Assembly: GCA_964016885.1 (NCBI GenBank)
Contig: OZ024740.1
Coordinates: forward strand, 241,862,001-241,926,000
DNA from: Eledone cirrhosa
Taxonomy: Eukaryota
Direction of reading: 5' to 3'
Length of the DNA: 64,000 nt
A program made the translations under genes and the position numbers. Of the stretch, positions 1-12,023 are shown piece by piece (within the stretch, counting starts at the first letter, position 1; each line of letters begins with the position of its first letter). Under the pieces are notes generated by a model. That model was not told the DNA's origin and searched no databases. It was given only the letters and a program-made list of their open reading frames with translations.

Positions 1-827
1 GTCGGAATGTTTTCTATACAAAAGCACTTCTCGAAGATTTGGCTATCCAATGCCTTTTGATATATTGAATATTTCGTTGGATATAAAGCTTCAAGAAGGT
101 AGTCACTAGTTGACTGCAATAAAGAATTTGATACGCGTACACATTTCATTGTCATTTTTTTTCATTCGTTCTCTCATATGATCTTCAGTAAAATTTGTGC
201 TGCATGATCCGCGTGTAAAGAAATACAAATTCTCAGATAAAAAGGTAGGCAAAAAATATGAAAATATAAATACAGGTATATATAAAAAAAAAAAACACTG
301 ACAACTGCACACAAATCGAACACACACAACACCGACACTCACACACACACGCACACACACCCACACCCACACTCACACACACACACACACACACACACGA
401 AACACGAAGACACGAAGACACACATTACAACTTCAATGAAATAGAATCATATATTAATAATATGGTTAAAATGATAGCCAATGAAAGCAATGCTTCTGCA
501 TGGGCTTGGTCACATAATAGTTATATACATGTTTTCATCAGTTTACTAGTACAGACGCATAATATAATGAAAACGTCGTTATAGACTTACATGGATTGAA
601 TACATAATAAAATATGCATGTTTAAACTCATCATGTTTTTGGCAAGTAAATATAATCAATATATATAGTAAAAGCAAACTCGAGGTGAACATACAAAAAT
701 GATTTGTGGCATGCTTCCGTAAGTGAAAAATGAGAAAATTGCAGCACATGCCATCATAACAAAAAGTGAAAATGGATCTAAATACCCGGATGTGGCGAAC
801 TAGCTAAAACAATTTGTTTTTATTTGT

Positions 828-1122
<295 letters not shown>

Positions 1123-1448
1123 ATATATATATATATGTATAGGGATACATTAATTCTCTTACATTTTAATAACATATAGCCTTATCTTATCCAAGTATTT
1201 AGTTACAATTTACGGCAATGTATTTCGAATGGATCTTGTCTAAGCGACAAATTACTGGAAGCAATTGACATGTTTTGGTCTCATTAGATCTCCTCAGCGA
1301 AACAGAGGTATTAGCAAGAACGGTTAGAATATGGATGGTGAGATAGAACATATAAAGCATAAAATAATATGTATATATATATATATTATATAAGGTGTTC
1401 GCTGTAACAAAGTTGTATACATATAAGTATATATATGTTGTATATATA

Positions 1449-1755
1449 GCGATATAGCGTATGTTTTAAATAAACATTTGAAAGCCTTTAGCTATGAATG
1501 CTGGAAACTGATGACCTAGAGCAATCTATCGGATTTCAGCAGAAGTAAGGGTGGGTAACTATGTTTTTCCCCTATATAGAATTCAGAGTTCAGGGACCAC
1601 TGTCTTGATAACAACCAGAGTCAGAAACAATGATCGTCGCCAGTTACCCAACCTTGATTCTGCTGGAATCTGCTAGATGTCTCTAGGTCATCAGTTTCCA
1701 AAGTTCATAGCTGAAGGCTTTCAAATGTTTATTTAAAACATAACATATATCGCTA
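1449..1755. mobile_element. Decayed fold-back element, related to the retrozyme-like family at 33.3-34.0 kb
   Basis: Imperfect inverted arms (gcgatat...aaataaacatttgaaagcctttagctatg...ctgatgacctagag versus its complement at ~1680-1755). Shares gtatgttt..aaataaacattt..aaa..c.tagctatg with ~33566-33605 and ~46792-46830. Confidence 0.5.
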
Positions 1756-2731
1756 AATATAAAAAAATACACACACACACACACGCACACGCACACGCAC
1801 ACACGTGTGTGTGTGTATATATGTGTGTGTATGCGCACGTGTGTGCGTATGTGTGTCATTAGTGGATTATTGTTAGTAAGCAATATTTCGGTTCGTGAGC
1901 TTCTAGAATTGATTACAAATTCTGTACATTTGTATTTGTGGAAATATACAAGTGGGATACAATTAAGGCATACATTTCTAAAATAATAGTTTGTTTGAGA
2001 CAACAAGCCTTTCAAGCGTGTAGTAATATTTGTGAAGTTAAAAAATAGGTTACTAGTCATGATAGTGCTTTGGTCGAATTTATCATAGTCGCAAACTGGG
2101 CTGATGGAAAAAAATGCGGTGGGACAGAGAATGGGATGTGTATCTGAACAGGCAAGGAGTCAGGGGAACGAAGTAGTAGGGGTGATTAATGGGTAGGTGT
2201 GGAGTAGGAGGAGAAGAGGGATAATGGTCATAGGAATAGGGGTGGAGAAGGTGAGGGGTACGACTATGTATAGACAGAGCTTAGATGCTGAAGGAGATTT
2301 TTAAGAAAGAGAATAAAATATAAAATGGGTTATATAGAAATAAATGAGCAAATGGTGAGTAAATTAGTAAGTAGTTGAGTGAATAGGATAAAATAAGATG
2401 AAATTCAAGTAAAATTTAAGGGTTAAAAAATAAGTAAATTGGATACTATGGGTGAGTAACCAATAGTAAAGTGTTTGTAATATGTGTATGTATACTGTAC
2501 ACATACAAGCACATACAGGTATACTTGGAGTTTTAGAAGGTTTTACATAGAGATGCATGAATAAATAAATCAATTATCACTTTAATAAAAGGAATGGGGT
2601 CAGGTAAAATTTAGGGAGTAAATAAATGAGTAGATGTCTATGTGAGTGGGTAAAATATACACACACAAGCCCAAGTACATTCAAACATGCATACATACAT
2701 ATCCATGTCCACATATCCATGTGCACACATG

Positions 2732-2824
<93 letters not shown>

Positions 2825-3060
2825 ATATATATATAAATTTTAGTACAGCATAGACGAAGCTCTAGTATACGGCCAAGCTAGCGTGTATTCTTATTCGGTT
2901 TGTAGCTTTAGCACTCATATGAGGTAAGACCCCAGGGTATAACATTATGTTCAGACAGCTTAGCAAATTAGATATAGCAGTCGGCAGTCCGACCGCATCA
3001 CTAGAGCAACGAAAATACAGGACCCACCCAGGTATATATATATATATATATATATATATT

Positions 3061-3641
3061 TCGTTTCTGAATTTGTTTAGCAAGATTCTTTATCTGAAAT
3101 CGTGTGTTGAAACCGATATTGTTATACTTTGGGAGGGTCATGTTGCCAATAAGAAACACACGCACCAGTTGCTTTCACTTCAATTTATTATATATTTATA
3201 AATTTACAAATTTACAAATTTACAAACTTATAAATTTCTGGTTGGTTGGTTGGTTCCACAACCAGATAGTTGTTTATATATATAGTCATAGTCCTTTCGT
3301 CACACACTCTGTGACCTCTTCAGTGACTGGGGATTCCTTTCTTCGTTTCTGTGCCTTTCCTTTCTTCTATCCTACGCCATTTTTCTGGCGTAGGATAGAA
3401 GAAAGGAAATGCACAGAAACGAAGAAAGGAATCCACAGTCACTGAAGAGGTCACAGAGTGTGTGACGAAAGGACTATGACTATATATATAAACAACTATC
3501 TGGTTGTGGAACCAACCAACCAACCAGAAATTTATAAGTTTGTAAATTTGTAAATTTGTAAATTTATAAATATATAATAAATTGAAGTGAAAGCAACTGG
3601 TGCGTGTGTTTCTTATTGGCAACATGACCCTCCCAAAGTAT

Positions 3642-3649
<8 letters not shown>
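3061..3649. mobile_element. Fold-back element (family B) with a hammerhead ribozyme in each arm
   Basis: Arms 3116-3379 / 3386-3649 (~264 bp, about 2 mismatches seen), 6-nt loop, ~55-nt tail 3061-3115, (TA)n on both flanks, AATAAA distal to the ribozyme. Confidence 0.75.
3437..3481 (+). ncRNA. Minimal type I hammerhead ribozyme (mirror copy on the minus strand at ~3284-3328)
   Basis: AGTCA (stem I)-CTGAAGA-G-GTCAC agagtgt GTGAC (stem II)-GAA-A ggac T (stem III)-A-TGACT (stem I'). Confidence 0.65.
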
Positions 3650-3687
<38 letters not shown>

Positions 3688-3721
3688 AGATCAAAAGATG
3701 GTTAAAGGAGCCCCATGTATT

Positions 3722-3906
3722 TTATTATGCGCATTTCAAAAACAAACATCATCATGCAACAACATCTGTGCCCCCATCAGACAAAACAGGAGAACATGAT
3801 ATGAAGGCCAAAAAACACTTGTGGATAGTGCAGTTCCAAATCAACATATGATGGGGGCACAGATGTTGTTGCATGATGATGTTTGTTTTTGAAATGCGCA
3901 TAATAA
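3722..3906. repeat. 58-bp inverted repeat with a hammerhead remnant
   Basis: Arms 3722-3779 / 3849-3906. The right arm has ATGATGA...GAA-ATGCGCAT-A with a palindromic stem III, but stems I and II are decayed. Confidence 0.5.
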
Positions 3907-4479
3907 TGCGGTATAACTGTTTTTGTTGTGTCTCGCCATTGTATAGTGATTTTTAGTGGTATTTTTAGCGCCAGTCATCAATCGGCTACTTTTCAGACCC
4001 GCAAAGAGTAGGTTTTTTTTAGTGGCGGTCTTTACTTGCCCTATTGTAGCTATATCATTGGTTTGGGAGAGTTTTCTTGGGAGTTAAAGATGTCATCCAT
4101 TGATCCATCTCACAAAGTAGTTTACTGCTGTTGGTCTCGGGTTGCTTATTCGTCCGGCAGGTGCACACTTATATCACACTTATATCACAACTAACCATCA
4201 TATCTGGTGGGCATATCGCTATTCGCCACCAACAACAGAGCAGCTGCGGGCTTATAAAGGACTTGGTGTGGCGGTATGTGGGAGGAGAACCCTTTGGTTT
4301 AATCAAATAGTTAAAGATTCCATCATCAAATAATGAATTTTTAAAGCTTGGCTTGGAAATAAGGCTTTCTTCTTGCACTTGCGGTAAAGGTAAGCGTGAA
4401 CCATCGCAACAGAAACAGTAAAGGCGTCCGAAGTTAAGACATGGGAGGACTTTATAGTTATCAAGTGTTCTGGCTGACT

Positions 4480-4830
4480 TCTTAATAAATCGTCCATCTC
4501 TACCAGGAACGAATCAGGGGTTGTCCTCTCTTCAGAGAGGTGCATCATCACGAGTTGGAGAGAATACTTTGCTGATCTAAATCCGGACATAACAGCATCT
4601 TCTGATGTACACAATATGCATCTGGAAGCCATGACTAATCTCTGGACAGATGTTAATGGCAAAACCAACAGGCAGGGAATCCAGGGGAAGACTTCAGCAA
4701 GATGATTGGATAAGATCCAATTGGATAATCTCGCTTGGGGATCCAGCCAGATCAATTGGAAACGGTTGCTTCTGATAGGACCCGATGGAAGGAATGTTCG
4801 AGGATTCTGCCCCCACAACCCTCTCAGTAT

Positions 4831-4861
<31 letters not shown>

Positions 4862-4926
4862 AAGAAGAAGAAGAAGAAGAAGAAGAAGAAGAAGAAGAAG
4901 AAGAAGAAGAAGAAGAAGAAGAAGAA
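4480..4926 (+). mobile_element. Decayed RTE-clade LINE 3' fragment ending in (AAG)n
   Basis: Translates to WREYFADLN and then LGIQPDQLETVASDRTRW...LPPQP, which resembles RTE (Rex3/Expander-type) C-termini. DNA matches 50330-50390. (AAG)n tail at 4832-4926. Confidence 0.6.
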
Positions 4927-4927
4927 T

Positions 4928-7900
4928 GCAGGAACCTGGCTGTCAACCAAATACTGCTGGTGTCGGAGGAAGAAGAAGAAGGAAAGGGACCAGAACCAAC
5001 TGGACAAAAGAATTGAATAGAACTGTTATGCAATGTTACCTGAAAAGTAACCCCAAGGAGAGGGGCTATAGGAGACGGATGCATAACATCTGGAACGAGA
5101 TTGGTCTATTTAAATTAGATGAACAAAAATTGGCCGGGCAGGCTCGGGTAATAAGAACTAATGGGTGGATAAGCGAGCTGGAACTGGAGGAACTGAGCAG
5201 AGAGATTAGCTTGGAGATGGAGGGTGGAGTATGCCAGGCAAACGAGCCAGTGGGAAATGAAGGTGAAGAGGTCGAGAGAACGGAGGAACCACCCGAAGCA
5301 GACAATGATCTGAATACTGAGATAAATAATACCTGGAACAGAGATACGGCCACTGAGGAGATGAATGCTGACGGGCTAGGACAGGATTCGGTTGACATCC
5401 TAAATTAAGTGGTAGATGAATTGAACAATGATAGTGGGAGATCTATGAACCTAAGATTTGTAGACAGGAAAAAGTTAAAAGAATCAAGAGCTAAGGTAAA
5501 CAAAGTCATCCCATACCTTGAGGCGAGGAGCCTTCACCAGTGCAACAATATCCTCAAAGCAACACCAAATACGGTGAGGAAACTACTTGGTATAAAAGCG
5601 AGAGGAAACAACAGACAAGAAAGAGCAGAGCCTTGGTGGAAGAAACGACTGAGTGGTCAAATCAGGGAAATGAGAAATGACATTGGAAAGCTTCAGTCAC
5701 TACTGAATGGGACACTAAAAAACATAGGCACTAAAGATAGACTGGAAATAAAGTACAAAACTAGGAGGAAAAAGCTAAATATTATCATAGAGGAACTGAA
5801 GCAACGCATTGTAGCAAAGAGTGCAAAAATCAGGCGATACGAGAACAGAGTCAGTCAGTATAAACAGAACCGCATGTTCGACAACAACCAGAAGATGCTG
5901 TTTGGACAGCTTGAGGGGAAAGAAAGAGGCAACGACTTGATCCCTGAGGCGGAACAAACTAAAACATTCTGGAGAGGAATATGGGAGCAGGATGTTAGAC
6001 ATAATGACCAGGCAGGGTGGATTGAGACAGTACAGAGGGAGATCGGTGAGCAGGCACACCAACAAACTGATTTGAGTATCACAGTTGAAACTCTTAAGGG
6101 GTAGGCCAAAAAACTAACCAACTGGAAATCACCAGGCCCAGATGGTGTGCAGGGGTATTGGATTAAAAATATAACATCCCTCCACCCGAAACTGACAACC
6201 ATATTCAATGACTGCTTGATGTAAGGTGAGGTACCAGAGTGGTTGACAAAAGGTACCACAGTTCTGATAATGAAAGACCGAATCAAGGGTAATGATGTTA
6301 CCAACTATAGACCTATCACATGTCTGTCCGTAATGTGGAAACTGTTGACAAGCATTGTGTCTGAGGAAATCTACCATCACCTCCACACAAACAACTTGTT
6401 ACCGGACGAACAGAAAGGATGCCGAAAAGAGTCACGTGGTACAAAGGACCGGTTACTTATTGATAAGATGGTAATTGGGAATTGCAGGAGGAGACACACT
6501 GATCTTGCCATGGGATGGATAGACTACAGAAAGGCATTTGACATGGTGCCTCATTCTTGGACCACCAAAAGCCTGGAGATCTTCAAGGTGGCAGATAACA
6601 TCAGACAGTTGTTGGGCAAGAGTATGAGGTCCTGGGAAACAGAGTTGACATCAACTGGAGAATCCTTGGGAAGCGTGAAGATCAAGAGAGGTATCTTCCA
6701 GGGAGATAGCCTGTCCCCTCTGTTGTTTGTCCTTGCCCTGATGCCCCTGACTAGTGTACTGCGAAAAGTGAGAGCAGGATACGGGTTGGGAAAGGGATGG
6801 CTTACCATCAATCACCTCCTCTTCATGGACGATCTTAAGCTCTTCGGGAAGAGTGAGAAGGAGTTGGATGTGCTTGTTGACACTGTCCGTATTTTCAGCA
6901 GTGATATATGTATGCAGTTTGGTATTAGTAAGTGTGGAGTCATTGTGATGAGGAGGGTAGGTTGAGCAGAAGTAACGGAATCCAGATACCAACAGGTGAG
7001 ATGATAAAGGAAATTGACACTGAGGAGGGATACAAATATTTAGGTGTTCTGGAGGCTGATGGCATAAAGAACAAAAAAATGAAGCAATTGTTAAGAACTG
7101 AATACATTCGGAGAGTAAGGAGCGTATTGAAGTCACATCTGAACAGCAGAAATGCTATAAGCGCAGTAAATTCCCGAGCTGTGTCTATTATTAGGTACAG
7201 TGCGGGAATTCTGAGATGGAATGTTGCTGAACAAAAAGAAATGGATAGGAAGACTAGGAAGCTATTGACTATCTACAACATGTTCCACAAGAGGAGTGAT
7301 GTCGATAGACTCTACCTAAGGAGATCTGAGGGTGGAAGAGGTCTTATCAGCATAGAGGACTGTGTTCAGATGGAAAAAAACAACTTACACAAATACGTGA
7401 CTGATAGTAAGGAGCCAATGCTCAGAACTGTACTGAAGGAGGGGACAATAGGCCAGGGGATGTTCAAGGAGGAAATAACATCAAGGAGAAAGAGCAGCCT
7501 TCAGGAAAAATGCCTTCATAGTACCTTCTTTGAGAAAACTGAATTTAGAGATCCACAGACATGGAACTGGTTGAGAAGAGGAGACCCTAAAAAGGCTACA
7601 GAAGGAATGTTAATGGCTGCGCAGGAGCAGGCCATCAAAACGAAGTGGTTGGAACACCATATTTACAAGGAGGAGGCTAGCCCACTGTGCAGGATCTGTG
7701 GCTCACATTGTATCCGAGTGTAAAAACCTAGCCCAGACCCACTATAAGGGCTGGAGACATGATGTGATGGGCAGGGTGATCCACTGGCACCTATGCAAAG
7801 TAAACAATTTACCACATTCTGAGAAATGGTATGAGCATAAGCCAGAGGCGGTGATGGAGAACGATCAGATGAAGGTGCTGTGGGATTTTAGGAAACAGAC

Positions 7901-8313
7901 GGACAAGAAACTGGAACACAATAGACCTGACCTGGTGGTTGTGGACAAAGAAAAAAGATCGTGTCTGATTGTGGATGTGGCCTGCCCATTCGACACGAGA
8001 GTGCAAGAGAAGGAGAGGGAGAAAATTAACCGATACCAGGACTTAAAGTGGGAGGTAAAAAGGATTTGGAACTGCCATGAAGTCAAAGTGATCCAGATTG
8101 TCATAGGCGCACTGGGGACTATCTCCAAAAGTTTCCAGGGATGGTTAAAGAAAATCGGCCCCTTCACGCTTTTTGGAACGCTTCAAAAGGCATGCTTGCT
8201 GGGAAAAGCAAGAACCCTCCGATACGTCCTGAATATCTGAGGCTGCAGGTAGTGGTTTGATATTCATTCCAACGGACTTTCCGGTTAACTAACAGCAATG
8301 ACTGAGATTCAAG

Positions 8314-8374
<61 letters not shown>
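4928..8374 (+). mobile_element. R4/Dong-clade non-LTR retrotransposon, copy 1 (inactive: stops and frameshifts)
   Basis: Split ORFs 4785-8240 collinear with the intact ORF at 12024-15407 ([26 protein letters not shown]). In-frame stops near 5406, 6102 and 6222, a frameshift near 6955 and a deletion in the CCHC knuckle. (AAT)n tail at 8316-8374. Confidence 0.92.
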
Positions 8375-8376
<2 letters not shown>

Positions 8377-10686
8377 ACAGCAACAGACTGATTTGAGTAT
8401 CACAGTTGAAACTCTTAAGGGGCAAGCCAAAAAACTAACCAACTGGAAATCACCAGGCCCAGATGGTGTGCAGGGGTATTGGATTAAACATTTATCATCC
8501 CTCCACCCGAAGCTGACGGCCATGTTCAATGACTGCTTGGTGTCGGGTGAGGTGCCAGAGTGGTTGACAAAAGGTACCACAGTTCTGATAATGAAAGACC
8601 GAATCAAGGGTAATGATGTTACCAACTATAGACCTATCACATGTCTGCCCGTAATGTGGAAACTGTTGACGAGCATTGTGTCTGAGGAAATCTACCATCA
8701 CCTCCACACAAACAACTTGTTGCCGGACGAACAGAAAGGATGCCGAAAGAAGTCACGTGGTACAAAGGACCAGTTGCTTATTGATAAGATGGTAATGGGG
8801 AATTGCAGGAGGAGACACACTGATCTTGCCATGGGATGGATAGACTACAGAAAGGCATTTGACATGGTGCCTCATTCCTGGATCACCAAAAGCCTGGAGA
8901 TCTTCAGGGTGGCAGATAACATCAGAGAGTTGCTGGGCAGGAGTATGGGGTCCTGGGAGACAGAGTTGACATCAACTGGAGTATCCTTGGGAAGCGTGAA
9001 GATCAAGAGAGGTATCTTCCAGGGAGATAGCCTGTCCCCTCTGTTGTTTGTCCTTGCCCTGATGCCCTTGACCATTGTGCTGCGAAAAGTGAGAGCAGGA
9101 TACAAGTTGGGAAGGGGAGAGCTTACCATCAATCACCTCCTCTTCATGGACGATCTTAAGCTCTTCGGGAAAAGTGAGAAGGAGTTGGATGTGCTTGTTG
9201 ACACTGTCCGTATTTTCAGCAGTGATATATGTATGCAGTTTGGTATTGGTAAATGTGGAGTCATTGTGATGAGGAGGGGTAGGTTGAGCAGAAGTAACGG
9301 GATCCAGATACCAACAGGTGAGATGATAAAGGAAATTGACTCTGAGGAAGGATACAAGTATTTGGGCGTTCTGGAGGCTGATGGCATAAAGAACAAAAAA
9401 ATGAAGGAATTGTTAAGAACTGAATACATTCGGAGAGTAAGGAGCGTATTGAAGTCACATCTGAACAGCAGAAATGCCATAAGCGCAGTAAATTCCCGAG
9501 CTGTGTCTATTATTAGGTACAGTGCGGGAATTCTGAGATGGAATGTTGCTGAACAAAAAGAAATGGATAGGAAGACTAGGAAGCTATTGACTATCTACAA
9601 CATGTTCCACAAGAGGAGTGATGTCGATAGACTCTACCTAAGGAGATCTGAGGGTGGAAGAGGTCTTATCAGCATAGAGGACTGTGTTCAGATGGAGAAA
9701 AACAACCTATACAAATACGTGACCTATAGTAAGGAGCCAATGCTCAGAGCTGTACTGAAGGAGGGGAGAGTAGGCCAGGGGATACCCAAGGAGGAAATAA
9801 CATCAAGGAGGAAGAGCAGCCTTAAGGGAAAATCCCTTCATAGTACCTTCTTTGAGAAAACTGAATTTAGAGATCCACAGACATGGAACTGGTTGAGAAG
9901 AGGAGACCTCAAAAAGGCTACAGAAGGAATGCTAATGGCTGCGCAGGAGCAGGCCCTCAAAACGAAGTGGTTGAAGCACCATATCTACAAGGAGGAGGCT
10001 AGCCCACTGTGCAGGATCTGTGGAGAGAGAGAGGAGACTGTGGCTCACATTGTGTCCGAGTGTAAACACCTAGCCCAGACCCACTATAAGGGCTGGAGAC
10101 ACGATGTGATGGGCAGGGTGATCCACTGGCACCTGTGCAAAGTAAACAATCTACCACATTCTGAGAAATGGTATGAGCATAGGCCAGAGGCGGTGATGGA
10201 GAACAGTCAGGTGAAGGTGCTGTGGGATTTTAGGATACAGACGGACAAAAAACTGGAACACAATAGACCTGACCTGGTGGTTGTGGACAAAGAAAAAAGA
10301 TCGTGCCTGATTGTGGATGTGGCCTGCCCGTTCGACACGAGAGTGCAAGAGAAGGAGAGGGAGAAAATTAACCGATACCAGGACCTAAAGTGGGAGGTGA
10401 AAAGGATTTGGAACTGCCATGAAGTCAAAGTGATCCCGATTGTCATAGGCGCACTGGGGACTATCTCCAAAGGTTTCCAGGGATGGTTAAAGAAAATCGG
10501 CCCCTTCACGCTTTTTGGAACGCTTCAAAAGGCATGCTTGCTTGGAACGGCAAGAACCCTCCGATACGTCCTGAATATCTGAGGCTGTAGGTAGTGGCTT
10601 GATATTCAATCCAACGGACTTTCCAGTTAACCAACATCAATGACTGAGATTCAAGGAATAACAATAACAATAATAATAATAATAAT
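8375..10686 (+). mobile_element. R4/Dong-clade retrotransposon, copy 2 (5'-truncated, open ORF 8393-10582)
   Basis: 729-aa ORF with RT (LFMDD), CCHC knuckle (CRIC..H....C) and a PD-(D/E)xK restriction-like endonuclease. Starts directly after the (AAT)n tail of copy 1 and ends in (AAC/AAT)n. Confidence 0.93.
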
Positions 10687-10801
10687 TTTGAATTTTTAAC
10701 ATATTTAAATCATTTGTGAAATAACAACTCTTAGTACAAATGCTACGTAAAGCACCCGGCTTGAGCCCCAAAAAATTCGGACCCAAAATATATTGTTATA
10801 A

Positions 10802-11454
10802 GGCTCAAATATTCAAATATTCAACTTTGTATTGTACACTGTATATCCAAAAAAAAAATGGCTATAAATGGAAGAAGAAGAACCCCCCCCCCACCTCCTC
10901 TCCTCTGGCTACACTATATAGGACAGCTAAACTCACCAACACCAGAAACTAGATACACCGCCCACCCCATCATCTGTGTACACTAAACACAACAGCATTT
11001 TCACCTTCACCGCCACCGCTCACTACGGCCATCATTACCACCACTATCCCATCACCGCCGCCACCACCCCTTGACTCCTTCACTGCTGCTGCCACCGCTA
11101 CAGCACCATCACTACAGTAATACGGCTCAAATATTCAAATATTCAACTTTGTATTGTACACTGTATATCCAAAAAAAAAAAAAAAATAAAATGGCTATAA
11201 ATGGAAGAAGAAGAACCCCCCCCCTCCTCTCCTCTGGCTACACTATATAGGACAGCGAAACTCACCAACACCAGAAACTAGATACACCACCCACCCCATC
11301 ATCTGTGTACACTAAACACAACAGCATTTTCACCTTCACCGCCACCGCTCACTAGGGCCATCATTACCACCACTATCCCATCACCGCCGCCACCACCCCC
11401 TGACTCCTTCACTGCTGCTGCCACCGCTACAGCACCATCACTACAGTAATACGG
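10802..11454. repeat. Direct tandem duplication of a ~325-bp unit
   Basis: ggctcaaatattcaaatattcaactttg...cagtaatacgg occurs at ~10802-11125 and ~11124-11454 with few differences. Confidence 0.85.
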
Positions 11455-12023
11455 TCGCATCACCGCCACCACTGCCTCGGTATCGACATCACCGCCACCA
11501 CTGTCTCAGTATCGCCAACGCCGCTAGTCTCTGCTGGCTACCACTTCCACATTATAGAATTCCTACTACTAACAAAGAGGAAGGCATCAAAATATATAGA
11601 TAGACTCAAAAGAAAAAAGAAAAAACAAACAACAAAAGCAGCACAGCAACAACAGTAAAAAACGAGAAAAACAGAGAAAAACAAAAACAAAAAAAGAAAC
11701 CCCAAAAACGTAAAGAAAATAAGAATGAAGAGAGAAGCAGGCGGACGGACAGAGAAGAGGGGGGGAAAAGTAAAACTTAAAAAACAAAAACTAAGTCAGA
11801 CATTCGAATACTACATTACAATGAAACTTATGCTTATTCATTTTTGGGGCCCTTTCTGCCCGTGTGTTTGTTTGTTTATGTGTGTCCGTATACAGCGTGG
11901 TGATAATGCCACACAAGGGCCAAGTGGGATGGCGGATCCACAGATCGCTATGTAAACATACATTCGCCAATCCTCGATAAGAGTGTTTAAATATCGAACA
12001 TAAACAGTTCGAATAACGGTGAA

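Noticed and set aside
1267-1297. Minus-strand CTGAGGA gatct aatg agacc aAAA CATG TC hammerhead-like string
   Set aside because: G12 is mutated and there is no stem I. Probably a decayed relic, not called as a feature.
2858-3010. gctctagt/actagagc-bounded segment with a hammerhead-like layout on the minus strand
   Set aside because: The core (GTGATGC...GAAT) deviates too far from consensus.
4303-5084. Poly-F, poly-K, poly-R and poly-S ORFs
   Set aside because: Read-through of the (AAG)n tail of an RTE fragment. The poly-R fusion to Dong copy 1 is coincidental.
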